From assembly GCA_900768625.1 (NCBI GenBank), contig CAAGDO010000304.1, positions 617 to 64,616 on the forward strand: a stretch of DNA of 64,000 bases, in the 5' to 3' direction. The notes below the pieces were generated by a model, which did not search any database, was not told where the DNA came from, and saw only the letters and a program-made list of their open reading frames with translations. This DNA comes from Bacteroidaceae bacterium. GTDB taxonomy: Bacteria > Bacteroidota > Bacteroidia > Bacteroidales > Bacteroidaceae. This document shows, in pieces, positions 1 through 10,473 of this stretch. Each line of letters begins with the position of its first letter. Within the stretch, counting starts at the first letter, position 1. Made by a program: the position numbers and the translations under genes.

Positions 1-1968
1 TACTTTCGCAATGCGGAACTGCAGGTAGGCATTGGTGTAGCCCGTGAATGCGGGAACCGGAAGAACGGCTTTGTTGGTGGAGGTCTGATAGGTCAATTCG
101 TTGTCCCAATGGAAAATGCCCCATGCGAAATTCTGGCGGAGCGTGAGTTCCAACATCTGAACGTTCTTTCCTGCTTGCTTGACTGTTACCCCATGACGGA
201 AGGTTTCATATCCGTCAGTTGCTTCCACCGGTGTGAGACTCTCAGCGAAGTAGAGATGATTCTGGATGTTCTCCAGTGTGGCGCTGAGGCTTGTTCCCTT
301 GTAGGAGAGGGTGGCTCCCACACGTGCATGGAATACCTTGTTGAGATTGTTGTTGTCCCACCAGGCGTTACGAGCGTGGAAGTGCTGATAGTAGAATGAG
401 GGGCTTTCGTTTCGGACGAATCCTTGTGCCACGAGGCGTAGGGAGTCCTTACGGATGGGAATGTTGAGTTGGGCATCCCCCTCCACATTGAATTCTCCCC
501 AGTCCTTTCCGCTGGTACGTAATTCACCGAGCACATTATAGTGGAAAATCTGCCCCTGCTGTTTGAGGAATTGGGCTGCGACAGTGAGGTAGTTCTCGGT
601 GTATTTCACCATTCGCTTGTTTTCATCAGGCAACTGGAAACGGTTGAACTGATGTCGACCGTAGAGACGGAGTCCAGTCTTCATCCATTTGTTGAATCCT
701 TCGTGTAGTTCGAAGGCTACGGTGTTTTCAACGCTCATCTGCTTTGTCACATCGCGGGCTGAATCACCGGGAAGGAAGAAATCTTGGAAGAATCCGGGAG
801 CTGTGGCATTGTTTCTCGTGTGGGAGGTGAAAGTGCGGCTGTTGTCGTAGACTTTCATCGTGTGGATGAAACTGGTGACAGGTACGAACTCCTGATGAAT
901 TCCAAGGGAATCAGAATGGGCCTTCAGTTGGGCTTTGCGCTCCTCGTCAGTGACCTTGGGCATTCGTGGCATGCGAGGCTGCTCTGTTTGGGATGTGGCG
1001 TCGTCTGATTGCTGTCGCTCAGCCGTTGGTCGTACTTGAAGTGTGGAGTCTGTCACTGCGTGTGAACTCAAGGCCGCATCGACTTGTTTTTGAGTGAGAA
1101 CGGGGCCCTTGCTGTCGACGTAGCGGTGAAAGCCGACATTATACCGATGGGTGAGAAAAAGCGTGTTCCCTCGCATCTTGTTCCAGGCTTTGGCCAAGTT
1201 GATGGGCATGTCGCCTGTGCCATAACGTGTGGGAAAACTTTCCGGACGATTCACGTAGTCATCGTTCTCAATACCGCCGTTTTCGCGGTTCTTGAACTGC
1301 TTGTACGAGTAGCTCATATGCATCTGATACTTCTCGCCGAGATAGGAAGAGAAGAGTGTGCCGTCGAAGTGAGCCGTCGATTGGCCTTGATAGTAGCCTC
1401 GTCCGTAGAGGTAGTCGGTCTTGAATCCCATGCCCAAACGCTTACCCGAATTTACAGAGAAAAGGGCTTTGAAGCGGTCTTCACCATTGGTCTTGTTTCC
1501 GCATTCATGATAGGTGATATTTGTGAAGGGGGATTTTGTGTTGGTGTAGAGCACCTGATCTTCATTGCGGAAGAAGTAGTCGTAGGGTAGGGTGAAGATG
1601 AAGGGATTGACCATCATGCTGGGGTGCTGTTCGCCGAAGTATCGGCTGATGCGTGGGGCTCCTGCGTTACCCGTGTAATTGTAATGGCCAGTTGGGCCAG
1701 AAGTAAACACTTCATTCTGGAACATGTGGGGCACCGTGTCGTATGCAGTGGGACGAATGTCTCCGAATCGGCGGTCAATCGTCCAAGCATAAATGCCTTC
1801 AGGTACGTTGGTCTTCTCCACACTGTCGCGCGAGAAAGGGTTTTCGCGCATGCGCTCGTCACGGGATTCATCGAACAGGTCGGGACGAAAGTTTTGAGCG
1901 TAAGATGAAGCGAATGGGCAACAACTCATGAAGAGGCTGGCGGCTAATAGGTTGCTGGATATTTTCAT
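1..1968 (-). CDS. Putative porin / outer-membrane beta-barrel (Bacteroidetes Porin_10-like), 3' end beyond window start
   Basis: Not in the ORF track because it has no stop in the window. My translation from ATG 1968 gives MKISSNLLAASLFMSCCPFASSYAQ (signal peptide)...YAWTIDRRFGDIRPTAYDTVPHMFQN...HYNYTGNAGAPRISRYF, a typical N-terminus of the Bacteroidetes putative porin family. Only the N-terminal part was translated by hand. Confidence 0.75.
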   Translation of the reverse strand, partial: MKISSNLLAASLFMSCCPFASSYAQNFRPDLFDESRDERMRENPFSRDSVEKTNVPEGIYAWTIDRRFGDIRPTAYDTVPHMFQNEVFTSGPTGHYNYTGNAGAPRISRYFGEQHPSMMVNPFIFTLPYDYFFRNEDQVLYTNTKSPFTNITYHECGNKTNGEDRFKALFSVNSGKRLGMGFKTDYLYGRGYYQGQSTAHFDGTLFSSYLGEKYQMHMSYSYKQFKNRENGGIENDDYVNRPESFPTRYGTGDMPINLAKAWNKMRGNTLFLTHRYNVGFHRYVDSKGPVLTQKQVDAALSSHAVTDSTLQVRPTAERQQSDDATSQTEQPRMPRMPKVTDEERKAQLKAHSDSLGIHQEFVPVTSFIHTMKVYDNSRTFTSHTRNNATAPGFFQDFFLPGDSARDVTKQMSVENTVAFELHEGFNKWMKTGLRLYGRHQFNRFQLPDENKRMVKYTENYLTVAAQFLKQQGQIFHYNVLGELRTSGKDWGEFNVEGDAQLNIPIRKDSLRLVAQGFVRNESPSFYYQHFHARNAWWDNNNLNKVFHARVGATLSYKGTSLSATLENIQNHLYFAESLTPVEATDGYETFRHGVTVKQAGKNVQMLELTLRQNFAWGIFHWDNELTYQTSTNKAVLPVPAFTGYTNAYLQFRIAKV

Positions 1969-1991
1969 TTTGCTGGTTGGACTCTGGTGGT

Positions 1992-2184
1992 GAAGTCGTC
2001 TGAACTTTTATGAAATTCAAGATTTTCCTTTATTTTTGAGTCGTTTTTGGGCCTTGAAGAGGGAGTGTAGCGAGCTACACGACCGATGAAAGGGCAAAAA
2101 ACGGCCAAAAAGAAAGGTGAAGATTGAATTTAGAAGAGCTCAAACTGCAAATCGAATCTTCGTCAGAAAAGTTTAGACGACTTC
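1992..2184 (-). mobile_element. MITE family A, copy 1 (193 bp)
   Basis: TIRs GAAGTCGTCTGAACTTTT / AAAAGTTTAGACGACTTC (17/18); GGT on both flanks; aligns end-to-end with the other copies in reverse orientation. Confidence 0.9.
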
Positions 2185-2241
2185 GGTGCTTGGAAATGGA
2201 CTAGGAAATGAGCAGACGGGGAAGTTCTCCGTCATTTATCA

Positions 2242-3993
2242 TCATTTGTATTTTTGGATGAAAGTGTCCACGGTGGTGTCACCGAGTGATTTCGCTTTTT
2301 GAAGGTTCTGCTGGGCTGGTTGCTTTTTACCCATCTCACCGTAGGCAATGCCGATGATCTTATAGCAGTCGGGGTTTTCGGGCAGTTCTTTCAGTAATTC
2401 CGTTGCAGCTGTGAGGGCTTGTTGGAATTCTCCGATCCGAAGAAGAAAGAGTGCCTCCTCGAGACGATAGGGCAGCGGACTGGCAGAAGATGAAATGGCG
2501 GTGCGGATGTCATCGAGTGCCTGCTGGTACATGTGGGCTTGCGTTTCAGCTTCATAGCGCAAATAATAGAAACGGTCGGTTAAGTTGCGAGGGCCAACGG
2601 CTTTCTCGTATTCGTTGTAGTCCATGACAGCGTCTCGGTAGCGTTTCTGAAGCAGAAGACGCTGAGAACGTTCGAGGAAGTACTGTGCGTTTCTTGCATT
2701 GACAGGACGGGGAATGGCTTGGATGGCACTGTCAAGCAGAACGGTAACTTCTTTCGCATCACCGCTGGCCAATTCAAGTGAACGGGCTGCGAGGTAGAAG
2801 TTCTCTGATGTGTCAAATCCCTTTTCATGGGTTACAGCAAGGTATTTCTCATGAGCCTCTGCGTATCGCTTCATGGCGAGCAGACATTTGCCTTGCTGCA
2901 TGACGTAGAGAGGAAGTGGCTGAGTTTGATAGGCTTTTTCAGCTTCATCTAAAGCACGCTGTAGTGTCCATCCTTGTTGTTGGAGTGATGCAGAATCTGC
3001 GGACTGCGTGAGTGAGCGCAACATGAGGTTACTGAATTGGTAGTGGATAGCATCAGTGGTGGTGGTGGAGTCGCTTGATTGTCCATCAGAAGCTTTCTCC
3101 AAGGCTGTCTGGAGGTCCGTTTCAGCTTTAGCGTATTGCTGCTTGGCAGCATGAAGGACTGCTCGTCCGAGGTATCCATCGGGCATTTGCGGATAGGCAG
3201 CGATGAAGTCAGCATAGGCGTTGCTTACGGCCAGACTGTCGGATGAGGGAAGCATGTAGATGTAGTTGAGTGCTTCTCCAGGTTCGCTGGGGAGGGCCTT
3301 CGTGATGTGAATGGCACGCAGGTCACGATTGATTGCAGAGAGTGCCTGGATATTGAGTTTGCTGATGAAGCGGGAATCGATGGCACATGCGTTTTGTGCG
3401 TCTTTCCCCACATTTTTCTGAACGATGGCAACCAAATTTCCTGCTTCATCAACGAGAGGAAGGGCAAAATGAGCAGCTTCGTTGGCCGCACTGACCGTGT
3501 AGTAACTATAGTCAGCGTAGGGTTCCTGCTTGATGATACTTACGGGAGTGAAGGCTGTCTTCTTGTTGGTGGCATAACGCACCATTTCAAGTGAGGCACC
3601 GTCAGCACAGGCAGTGGGGGAGATGCTGAAGGCTTCGCATTTCTTCACTCCTTCGAGGGAGAAACGCACGAGATCGTAGTCGCGGTTGGCTCCCAAAATG
3701 CGGCTGACAGAATAGCGGTTGCCTTTGAAGTCCACGGCTTCAGCTCGGTAGGCACCATCAAAGAGAGCATATTGGCTGGCTGCTTCGCCTTTGGAAGAGA
3801 TGAAGAAGCCTGTGCCATTGGCCAGCAACTTTCCATCTGCATCGTAGGTGAAAATGTTGAGCATCGCTTTGTAGGCATCGGATTGCTTGACCTGCGTGGC
3901 TGCAGTGAGGCAACTGTCTGCAGTGCTGCTGATGGGAGCTGCAAAAGAGAGCATTGCTGAGAGCAGGAGGGTGGAGGGTATGGGGTGATTCAT
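2242..3993 (-). CDS. Exported protein with trypsin-like (S1) domain plus TPR repeats, probably catalytically inactive
   Basis: Signal peptide; GTGFFISSKG and DYDLVRF and LPLVDEAGNLVAI motifs of DegP-like domains; helical TPR-like C-terminal half. Confidence 0.75.
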   Translation of the reverse strand: MNHPIPSTLLLSAMLSFAAPISSTADSCLTAATQVKQSDAYKAMLNIFTYDADGKLLANGTGFFISSKGEAASQYALFDGAYRAEAVDFKGNRYSVSRILGANRDYDLVRFSLEGVKKCEAFSISPTACADGASLEMVRYATNKKTAFTPVSIIKQEPYADYSYYTVSAANEAAHFALPLVDEAGNLVAIVQKNVGKDAQNACAIDSRFISKLNIQALSAINRDLRAIHITKALPSEPGEALNYIYMLPSSDSLAVSNAYADFIAAYPQMPDGYLGRAVLHAAKQQYAKAETDLQTALEKASDGQSSDSTTTTDAIHYQFSNLMLRSLTQSADSASLQQQGWTLQRALDEAEKAYQTQPLPLYVMQQGKCLLAMKRYAEAHEKYLAVTHEKGFDTSENFYLAARSLELASGDAKEVTVLLDSAIQAIPRPVNARNAQYFLERSQRLLLQKRYRDAVMDYNEYEKAVGPRNLTDRFYYLRYEAETQAHMYQQALDDIRTAISSSASPLPYRLEEALFLLRIGEFQQALTAATELLKELPENPDCYKIIGIAYGEMGKKQPAQQNLQKAKSLGDTTVDTFIQKYK

Positions 3994-4142
3994 TGGATTT
4001 GTGTCTGTTTTTGGGACGAAGGTGGGGCTTGAATGGTTCTATAAACGAACCCTTCAGGTTGCGTCTGGGAGAACGGATGGATTGGCTCTTTGTTCTTCAG
4101 GATGCTTTTCCATTGTTTGGGTCGCATGGAATCCGAAGACGT

Positions 4143-5891
4143 TCATTTGCTTCCGAGGAGCGCTTTTGCATTGCTTATGGCAGCGTCGGTGATTTCTGCT
4201 CCTGATAGCATGTGGGCAATCTCTGTTACTCGTTCGTCGGGCGTGATACGCACGATATGGCTGTGAGTGCCAGTTGTTGTGTCCTCTTTGTATACTTTAT
4301 AGTGTTGAGAGCCGAAAGCTGCTATTTGGGGAAGATGGGTGATGCAGATGACCTGACAAGTGGCAGAAATCTGCTTCATCATCTGCGCCATACGGTCGGC
4401 AATCGTTCCAGATACTCCGGTGTCAATCTCGTCGAAGATGATGGTCGGGAGGTGGGTGCGTTTGGCTATGATGGCTTTGAGCGAGAGCATGACGCGAGCG
4501 ATTTCACCGCCTGAGGCAATCTGGCTGATGTCCTGAAGAGGCATATTCTTATTGGCCGTGAAGAGGAACATGACGTTGTCTGCTCCAGATGCGTCGGGTT
4601 CCGTGCGTGGAGTGATTTTCACCTCTATCTGCACGTGGGGCATTCCCAAGGATTGGAGAGATTGTGCGAGTTCCTCGCGCATGGTCTTTGCTGCCTTCTG
4701 TCGTGAAGCTGTGAGTTGTGCTGCCTGCTTATCGCGTAGGAGTGTGAGACGTTCAACTTCAGCTTGCTGTTTGGCGATATCATCATCGACATTGCAGATG
4801 GCATCAATGCGTGAGCGGAAATCTTGGCCAATGGCAAGCAGTTCGCTGATGGTGTTGACGTGGTGCTTCTGTTCGAGTTCGTAGATCGTGTTAAGCCTGT
4901 TCTCGATAAATTCCAAACGTTGGGGGTCGTATTCGATGTTATCGGCTTGGTGTTCCATTTCGCCCATGACGTCCTCAAGTTCGATGCAAGCACTGCTGAT
5001 ACGTTCTGCCAGTTCTCCCGCTTCCTTGATTTGCTCGCTGACTGCAGCCAGACAACCTGATGCCTTGCGCAGATTGCTGCATAGTTGCACTTCATCGTTG
5101 TTAAAAGCGTTGAGTGCATTGAAATAAGCTTGTTTGATTTCTTCCGAGTGGCTAAGGATTTGCTGTTCTTGCTCTAGTTCTTCCTGTTCGCCATCGGTGA
5201 GTGCTGCTTCGTCAATCTGTTGGAGCTGAAATTCCATGTATTCCTTGTCTGCTGTTCCTTGACTCTTCATCTTCAGAAGCTGATGGAGAATCTCCTGAGC
5301 ATGACGGCACTGGCCGTAGAGGCATTTGTAGGCTTGCAGGAGGTTGGGCTGCTGGGCGAGAATGTCGAGCGTGTTAATCAGAAAATTCTCATGTCGAATC
5401 AGCAGGTTCTGGTGTTGGGAATGGATGTCTATGAGTAAGGAAGCCAGCTCTTTGAGTTTTGCAGCTGATACAGGGGAATCGTTGATAAATGCTCGACTTT
5501 TTCCGGTTTGTGTCACTTCCCTACGGAGAATGCATTCCTTGGGGTCATAGTCGATGTCGTTGGCTGCGAAGAAAGGTTCCAGACCATTCTGCGAAATGTT
5601 GAATATGCCTTCCACACAGCATTTCTTCTCGCCTGGCTGAATGGCTTTGGCATCGGCCCGAGCTCCGAGCAATAGGCCTAAGGCTCCGAGAATAATACTC
5701 TTGCCGGCACCGGTTTCGCCTGTGATGACGGAAAAACCATTCTCCCAATCTATGTCGAGCCGTTCGATTAGCGCATAATGTGAAATGTGAAGGTGGGTCA
5801 GTCCGCCGCATTGGGAGGTGAGGGCGGGGGTATTGGTTTCGGATTGTTGCATGTGCATTTCCATTTTGGGGAACATGATAGGGTCGGTCAT
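4143..5891 (-). CDS. recN: DNA repair protein RecN (true start probably slightly downstream)
   Basis: Walker A ITGETGAGKS, IDIHSQHQN, signature IASGGE, Walker B IIFDEIDTG, CITHLPQIAA. Confidence 0.97.
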   Translation of the reverse strand: MTDPIMFPKMEMHMQQSETNTPALTSQCGGLTHLHISHYALIERLDIDWENGFSVITGETGAGKSIILGALGLLLGARADAKAIQPGEKKCCVEGIFNISQNGLEPFFAANDIDYDPKECILRREVTQTGKSRAFINDSPVSAAKLKELASLLIDIHSQHQNLLIRHENFLINTLDILAQQPNLLQAYKCLYGQCRHAQEILHQLLKMKSQGTADKEYMEFQLQQIDEAALTDGEQEELEQEQQILSHSEEIKQAYFNALNAFNNDEVQLCSNLRKASGCLAAVSEQIKEAGELAERISSACIELEDVMGEMEHQADNIEYDPQRLEFIENRLNTIYELEQKHHVNTISELLAIGQDFRSRIDAICNVDDDIAKQQAEVERLTLLRDKQAAQLTASRQKAAKTMREELAQSLQSLGMPHVQIEVKITPRTEPDASGADNVMFLFTANKNMPLQDISQIASGGEIARVMLSLKAIIAKRTHLPTIIFDEIDTGVSGTIADRMAQMMKQISATCQVICITHLPQIAAFGSQHYKVYKEDTTTGTHSHIVRITPDERVTEIAHMLSGAEITDAAISNAKALLGSK

Positions 5892-5989
5892 AAGTGTGGG
5901 AGGACGTCTACCTATCTATTTCTTTGTTGCCCTAGTTGGAGGGATATAAGGGAATAGGACCGTTGTCGGACAAATGGCAACGGAAGAAA

Positions 5990-6928
5990 TCATTGCTTCA
6001 GCTGCCGCCAATAGGAATTTTGCGAAGCGTTGATGCGGGCCAGGGTTTCGGCAATTTCCTCTTTTTCCTTTGAGTTGCCGTGTCCCTTGTAGATGCTGAG
6101 AAGTTCATCACGTTTGTATTCGGTGAAAATCTGCGGGAGCAAGCTCATGGACTTGTTTTCCTTCGCTTGTTTGAGCAACGACATGGCTTCGGTTATACCA
6201 GTGCGGCCTCGTTCGGCATTGTCGCTCATGACATCAAGACCTTGGCGATAGTATGCATACTGCATTTTACGGAAAGGTTCCATTCCGCTGTCGAGCAGGT
6301 CTGTGATGATGGCGTAGCGATTCTTGCTGTCGTCAAAAGCTTTCCAACCTTTGGCTTGAAGGCCTTGGGCGTTGGTCACAATGGTCTGGGCCGTTCGGAA
6401 GAATTCTGTACCACCGAAGGGCGACATGGAGTCCATGTCGAATCCGAGGATAAGGTAGACGTAATAGCCGATGACTGCTGTCAGGTTGTTGTCAATCACG
6501 TCAGGGCGGAATTCTATCTGGTCGTATTCCTGATAGTTGAAATTGAAGTTTGCGTCGTTGAAGGCAAAGGTCGTGGTCGTGTAGTTGGAACCATACACGG
6601 GACGGTTGGCCTGCACCATGAGTGTGCATTCGAACGAGTTGTCAGCCTGAGTGTATTTCTTCACGGTGATGTTGAAATTGCAGGAGATGCGTTCGTTCTG
6701 TTTGAACTGCAGGTTTGTCCATTCGCGCTCGTTGATAAACTGCGTAAGAGAGTTTTGCAGTGTTTCAAAAACGGAAGTGCTGGTACCTTGCACTTGCTGA
6801 TGGTTCACGTTGACACGGGCATCGAGTTCCTGAGCTAATGCCACGTTGGGAATCATTGCCAAAAGGCAGAAGAGCCATGCACCGATTGTCGTGGTCAAAT
6901 AGCGGGAGAATTTCAGAGAATATGACAT
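5990..6928 (-). CDS. DUF4835 family protein (PorD-like T9SS-associated)
   Basis: Signal peptide followed by AQELDARVNVN; QANRPVYGSNYTT; usual position between coaBC and recN in Bacteroidetes. Confidence 0.8.
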   Translation of the reverse strand: MSYSLKFSRYLTTTIGAWLFCLLAMIPNVALAQELDARVNVNHQQVQGTSTSVFETLQNSLTQFINEREWTNLQFKQNERISCNFNITVKKYTQADNSFECTLMVQANRPVYGSNYTTTTFAFNDANFNFNYQEYDQIEFRPDVIDNNLTAVIGYYVYLILGFDMDSMSPFGGTEFFRTAQTIVTNAQGLQAKGWKAFDDSKNRYAIITDLLDSGMEPFRKMQYAYYRQGLDVMSDNAERGRTGITEAMSLLKQAKENKSMSLLPQIFTEYKRDELLSIYKGHGNSKEKEEIAETLARINASQNSYWRQLKQ

Positions 6929-8175
6929 AGGCGGGCGACAATGTCGGCAGCGACATCCTGCTTGCTTTTCAGAGGAAAACGCTCTGACGTTCCGTCGGCT
7001 GCCAGAATGGTGATTTTGTTGGTGTCGTGAGAGAATCCCGCTCCAGCATCACGCAGCGAATTGAGCACGATGAAGTCGAGATTCTTCCTTTTTAGTTTGT
7101 CGAGAGCATGAACTTCCTCGTTGTCCGTCTCAAGCGCAAAGCCAACGAGTCGTTGGTTGGTTCGTTTCATCTTTCCCAATTGTGCTGCAATGTCTTGCGT
7201 GGCAGTGAGTTCAATGACGAGATGTCCAGTCTTTTCGCGTTTGATTTTTGTGTCGGCTACTGTTTTGGGTGTGAAATCCGCCACAGCAGCACAGAGGATA
7301 GCTGCGTCGGTTTTGGGGAATTCCTCGGTTGTCGCAGCATACATCTCTTTGGCTGTTGTCACGTGGATGGTGCGAACAGAAGGATGCGTGCAACAGAGGT
7401 TAACAGGGCCTGATACCAAGGTGACTTCCGCTCCCAAACGGGCACAAACCTCAGCAAGGGCATAACCCATTTTACCCGAAGAATAGTTGCCGATGAAGCG
7501 CACGGCATCAATTTTCTCATGGGTGGGGCCAGCTGTAATAAGGATGTGGCGTCCGGTGAGGGGAAGCTCATTGTCGTTTCCTGTGTTTCTCTCAGGCAAC
7601 GAGGAGGTTTCCTTCTCCTCGAAGAAGTGGTTTAACCTGGCAGCAATTTCTTCAGGTTCCTCCATTCTGCCTTTTCCCACCAAATGGCTGGCAAGTTCGC
7701 CTTCTGCTGGTTCGATGATATGGTTGCCGTAGGAACGGAGTACATCCAGATTGCCTTGTGTGGCAGGGTGGCGGAACATGTCGAGGTCCATAGCTGGAGC
7801 CACAAACACTGGCGCCTTCATCGAAAGGTAGGTGGTGATGAGCATGTTGTCGGCTATGCCGTGTGCCATTTTTCCGATGGTGGAGGCAGTGGCGGGTGCG
7901 ATTACCATGGCGTCTGCCCACAAACCGAGTGCCACATGGCTATGCCAGGAACCGTCGCGTTGGGCAAAGAATTCAGAAATAACGGGTTTGCTGGTTAATG
8001 CCGAAAGCGTGACGGGGGTAATGAACTCCTTTCCAGCAGGGGTGATAACCACCTGCACTTCGGCTCCAGCCTTTACCATAAGGCGAATGAGGGTGCAAGC
8101 CTTATAGGCAGCAATGCTTCCTGTGATTCCAAGCACGATGTGCTTGTTCTTTAAGAAGGGATAGTTTGACTCCAT
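6913..8175 (-). CDS. coaBC: Bifunctional phosphopantothenoylcysteine decarboxylase / phosphopantothenate-cysteine ligase
   Basis: GITGSIAAYK, IAPATAS, APAMDLDM, ITAGPTHEKID, GNYSSGKMG, AAVADF, GFALET. Confidence 0.97.
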   Translation of the reverse strand: MESNYPFLKNKHIVLGITGSIAAYKACTLIRLMVKAGAEVQVVITPAGKEFITPVTLSALTSKPVISEFFAQRDGSWHSHVALGLWADAMVIAPATASTIGKMAHGIADNMLITTYLSMKAPVFVAPAMDLDMFRHPATQGNLDVLRSYGNHIIEPAEGELASHLVGKGRMEEPEEIAARLNHFFEEKETSSLPERNTGNDNELPLTGRHILITAGPTHEKIDAVRFIGNYSSGKMGYALAEVCARLGAEVTLVSGPVNLCCTHPSVRTIHVTTAKEMYAATTEEFPKTDAAILCAAVADFTPKTVADTKIKREKTGHLVIELTATQDIAAQLGKMKRTNQRLVGFALETDNEEVHALDKLKRKNLDFIVLNSLRDAGAGFSHDTNKITILAADGTSERFPLKSKQDVAADIVARLCHIL

Positions 8176-8323
8176 GTTTACTTTTTACGGTGGTTCTAAT
8201 GATTTCTTTCTCTTCGCTCTTCACCTGTGTGGTTTTTGCTTTGTGCGGTTCCTATGCAGTTGAAAGTTAAACGTACGTCTGATGAGGATTGAAGAGTTAT
8301 CGCGACAGAGATGAGGGCCTACG

Positions 8324-9091
8324 TCAGATTCCAGCATTCAGTTTGATACGCATGAATGTCTGTTTGGTGTTTTGGGTGAAATCTCCTTGCATCACCCATC
8401 CAAAATAGCCTGGGTCTCGTCGCAATACTTCAGTCACGGGGCGTCCGCGATATTTGCCGAAGTTGATGGTTTCCACTCCTTGGTCATTGAGCACGATGCG
8501 TCCAGCAAGGTCGACATTGCGGTTGCGACGTGAGAATTCAGCGAGGAAGGTCACGCTGTTCTTCAGTTCGTCGGCGTAGCGGTCAAGCTGTGCTTCCAGC
8601 ACTTCAAGCGTAGCGCGGGTGTCAGCTTCGGCTGTGTGGGCATCGGTGAGGTCTTTGTCGCAGTAGAACTTGTATGCAGCTGTCAAGTCTCGTTTCTCCA
8701 TTTTATGGAAGATGCCTTGCACGTCGACCAGTTTCGCTCCGCTGATATCGAAGTCAATACCTGCACGGATGAATTCCTCAACGAGAAGGGGAATGTCAAA
8801 ATGGTTGGAGTTGAAGCCTGCCAGGTCGCAGTTTTCGAAGTCTTTGGCAATGTTTCCTGCCATACTTTTGAATGTGGGACATTCTGCCACATCTGCGTCG
8901 TATATGCCATTGACCTTCGAAGCTTCTTCTGAGATGTGTTTGCCGGGATTGAAGCGCTGGGTGTGTACCTTTTCTGTTCCATCGGGGAAACATTTGATGT
9001 AGCAAAGTTCCACGATTCGGTCGCTTGCGATATTGAGGCCTGTGGCTTCTATGTCAAAAAAAATGAGTGGACGGTTGAGTTGGAGTTTCAT
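8324..9091 (-). CDS. DEDDh 3'-5' exonuclease (DNA polymerase III epsilon-like)
   Basis: Likely start MKLQLNRPLIFFDIEATG at 9091; GFNSNHFDIP; AHTAEAD; C-terminal FGKYRG; adjacent to dnaN. Confidence 0.9.
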   Translation of the reverse strand: MKLQLNRPLIFFDIEATGLNIASDRIVELCYIKCFPDGTEKVHTQRFNPGKHISEEASKVNGIYDADVAECPTFKSMAGNIAKDFENCDLAGFNSNHFDIPLLVEEFIRAGIDFDISGAKLVDVQGIFHKMEKRDLTAAYKFYCDKDLTDAHTAEADTRATLEVLEAQLDRYADELKNSVTFLAEFSRRNRNVDLAGRIVLNDQGVETINFGKYRGRPVTEVLRRDPGYFGWVMQGDFTQNTKQTFMRIKLNAGI

Positions 9092-9351
9092 TTGTGGGGC
9101 TTTTGATGAAATGCCAACAGAATTGGCAATGCCGAGACCAAAGATGCGCACAAGGGGATTTGTCTTGTGGCAGTAGAGCGTGTGCGGCATTGTCAATTCT
9201 GGAAGTGGAAGGGCGTCTTCCTCTTTTTCGGGGAAGGGCTCTTGAGGTGATGATAGAGTGGGCGAGGCAGACAAGGCTGTCAAAGACTGAGGCTTTGTTG
9301 GATGTCGCCCGATATAAATCCTTAAAATAGAAGGTTTTCTCTGTGTTCTTG

Positions 9352-10473
9352 TCAGTCGTTGAAAACGGAGGGCATTAGCAGCATGAGCACTTCCTCTCCT
9401 TCTTTGGGATTGGCGGGCACGATGAGTGCGGCTCTGCTGGGGTCAGAGATCTGGAATTGCACTTCTTCTGTATCTATGTTGTTGATCATGTTGACCAACG
9501 AATCGCCACGGAACGCAATTCGCATGGGCATTTCGGTATAGTCGCAGAGGATGGTTTCTTCTGCACTCTTGCCGAAGTCCATATCCTGGCTTGAAATGAT
9601 GATGGAGTTATTCTCCAGACGCATTTTGACCAAAGCAGCTTGCGGACTGGCGAAGATGAGCACGCGGCGGAGCACATTGATCAAACCTTGACGGTTCACA
9701 GTGAAGTGTATCTGATTATGGGGGATTACGCTTCGGTAGTTAGGATAGCGGCCTTCCACGAGACGGCAGATAAAGGTGTACTCAGAGGTGATGAAAGTGG
9801 CACTACGTTCAGCGAAACGCATCGTGACATCGTTTGCGTCTTTGGACAAAATACCTTTCAGCACATTGGCAGGACGTGCAGCCAAGAGGAAAACGCCTTC
9901 TTTCTCAGAATGGGCTTCCTTGATGCAGGTGAGAGCAAGTTGGTTGCCATTACTAGCCACCATGGACAAACCGTCGGACTTGACATCGAAGCAAACAGCG
10001 TTCAGCTGGGGACGCGTTGTATCCACGGCTGCTGCCACCAATCCACGTGAAATGCCTTGCAATAGGTCTTCAGCCTTGACGGTCAAATCGAGTGCATTTT
10101 CATTGTCAAGCACGGGGGTGGGGTAGTCTTGCGCATCTTGTCCCATCAACTTATACTGACCATTCTGATAGACAATGGTGATTTCGTAGGTCTCGGTGTT
10201 GACAAAGAAGTCGAGAGGTTGCTCAGGTACTTCCTTGATGGCATCCTGAAGTGTTTTGGCATTTACGGCAAAACGGAAATCAACGTCTGACTCTACCAGA
10301 TCAATTTGTGTGTTGAGAGTGGCGTCATTGTCAGAAGCGGTGATAGATAGCGTGGTTCCCTGAATGTCAAAACAGAAGCAATTGAGGATGGGCATGCTAT
10401 TCTTTTGGGCGATGATGCGTCCAAGGATAAGCAAATGAGATGAAAGGTCTGAACTTGAGATTACAAATTTCAT
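9352..10473 (-). CDS. dnaN: DNA polymerase III beta sliding clamp
   Basis: Likely start MKFVISSS at 10473; NSMPIL, RLVEGRYPNYRSVIP, C-terminal LLMP. Confidence 0.95.
   Translation of the reverse strand: MKFVISSSDLSSHLLILGRIIAQKNSMPILNCFCFDIQGTTLSITASDNDATLNTQIDLVESDVDFRFAVNAKTLQDAIKEVPEQPLDFFVNTETYEITIVYQNGQYKLMGQDAQDYPTPVLDNENALDLTVKAEDLLQGISRGLVAAAVDTTRPQLNAVCFDVKSDGLSMVASNGNQLALTCIKEAHSEKEGVFLLAARPANVLKGILSKDANDVTMRFAERSATFITSEYTFICRLVEGRYPNYRSVIPHNQIHFTVNRQGLINVLRRVLIFASPQAALVKMRLENNSIIISSQDMDFGKSAEETILCDYTEMPMRIAFRGDSLVNMINNIDTEEVQFQISDPSRAALIVPANPKEGEEVLMLLMPSVFND

Noticed and set aside
1992..2003. MITE TIR resembles Neisseriaceae DNA-uptake sequences (GTCGTCTGAA)
   Set aside because: I saw it only as the terminus of the 192-bp element, not dispersed in genes, and the host is Bacteroidales.
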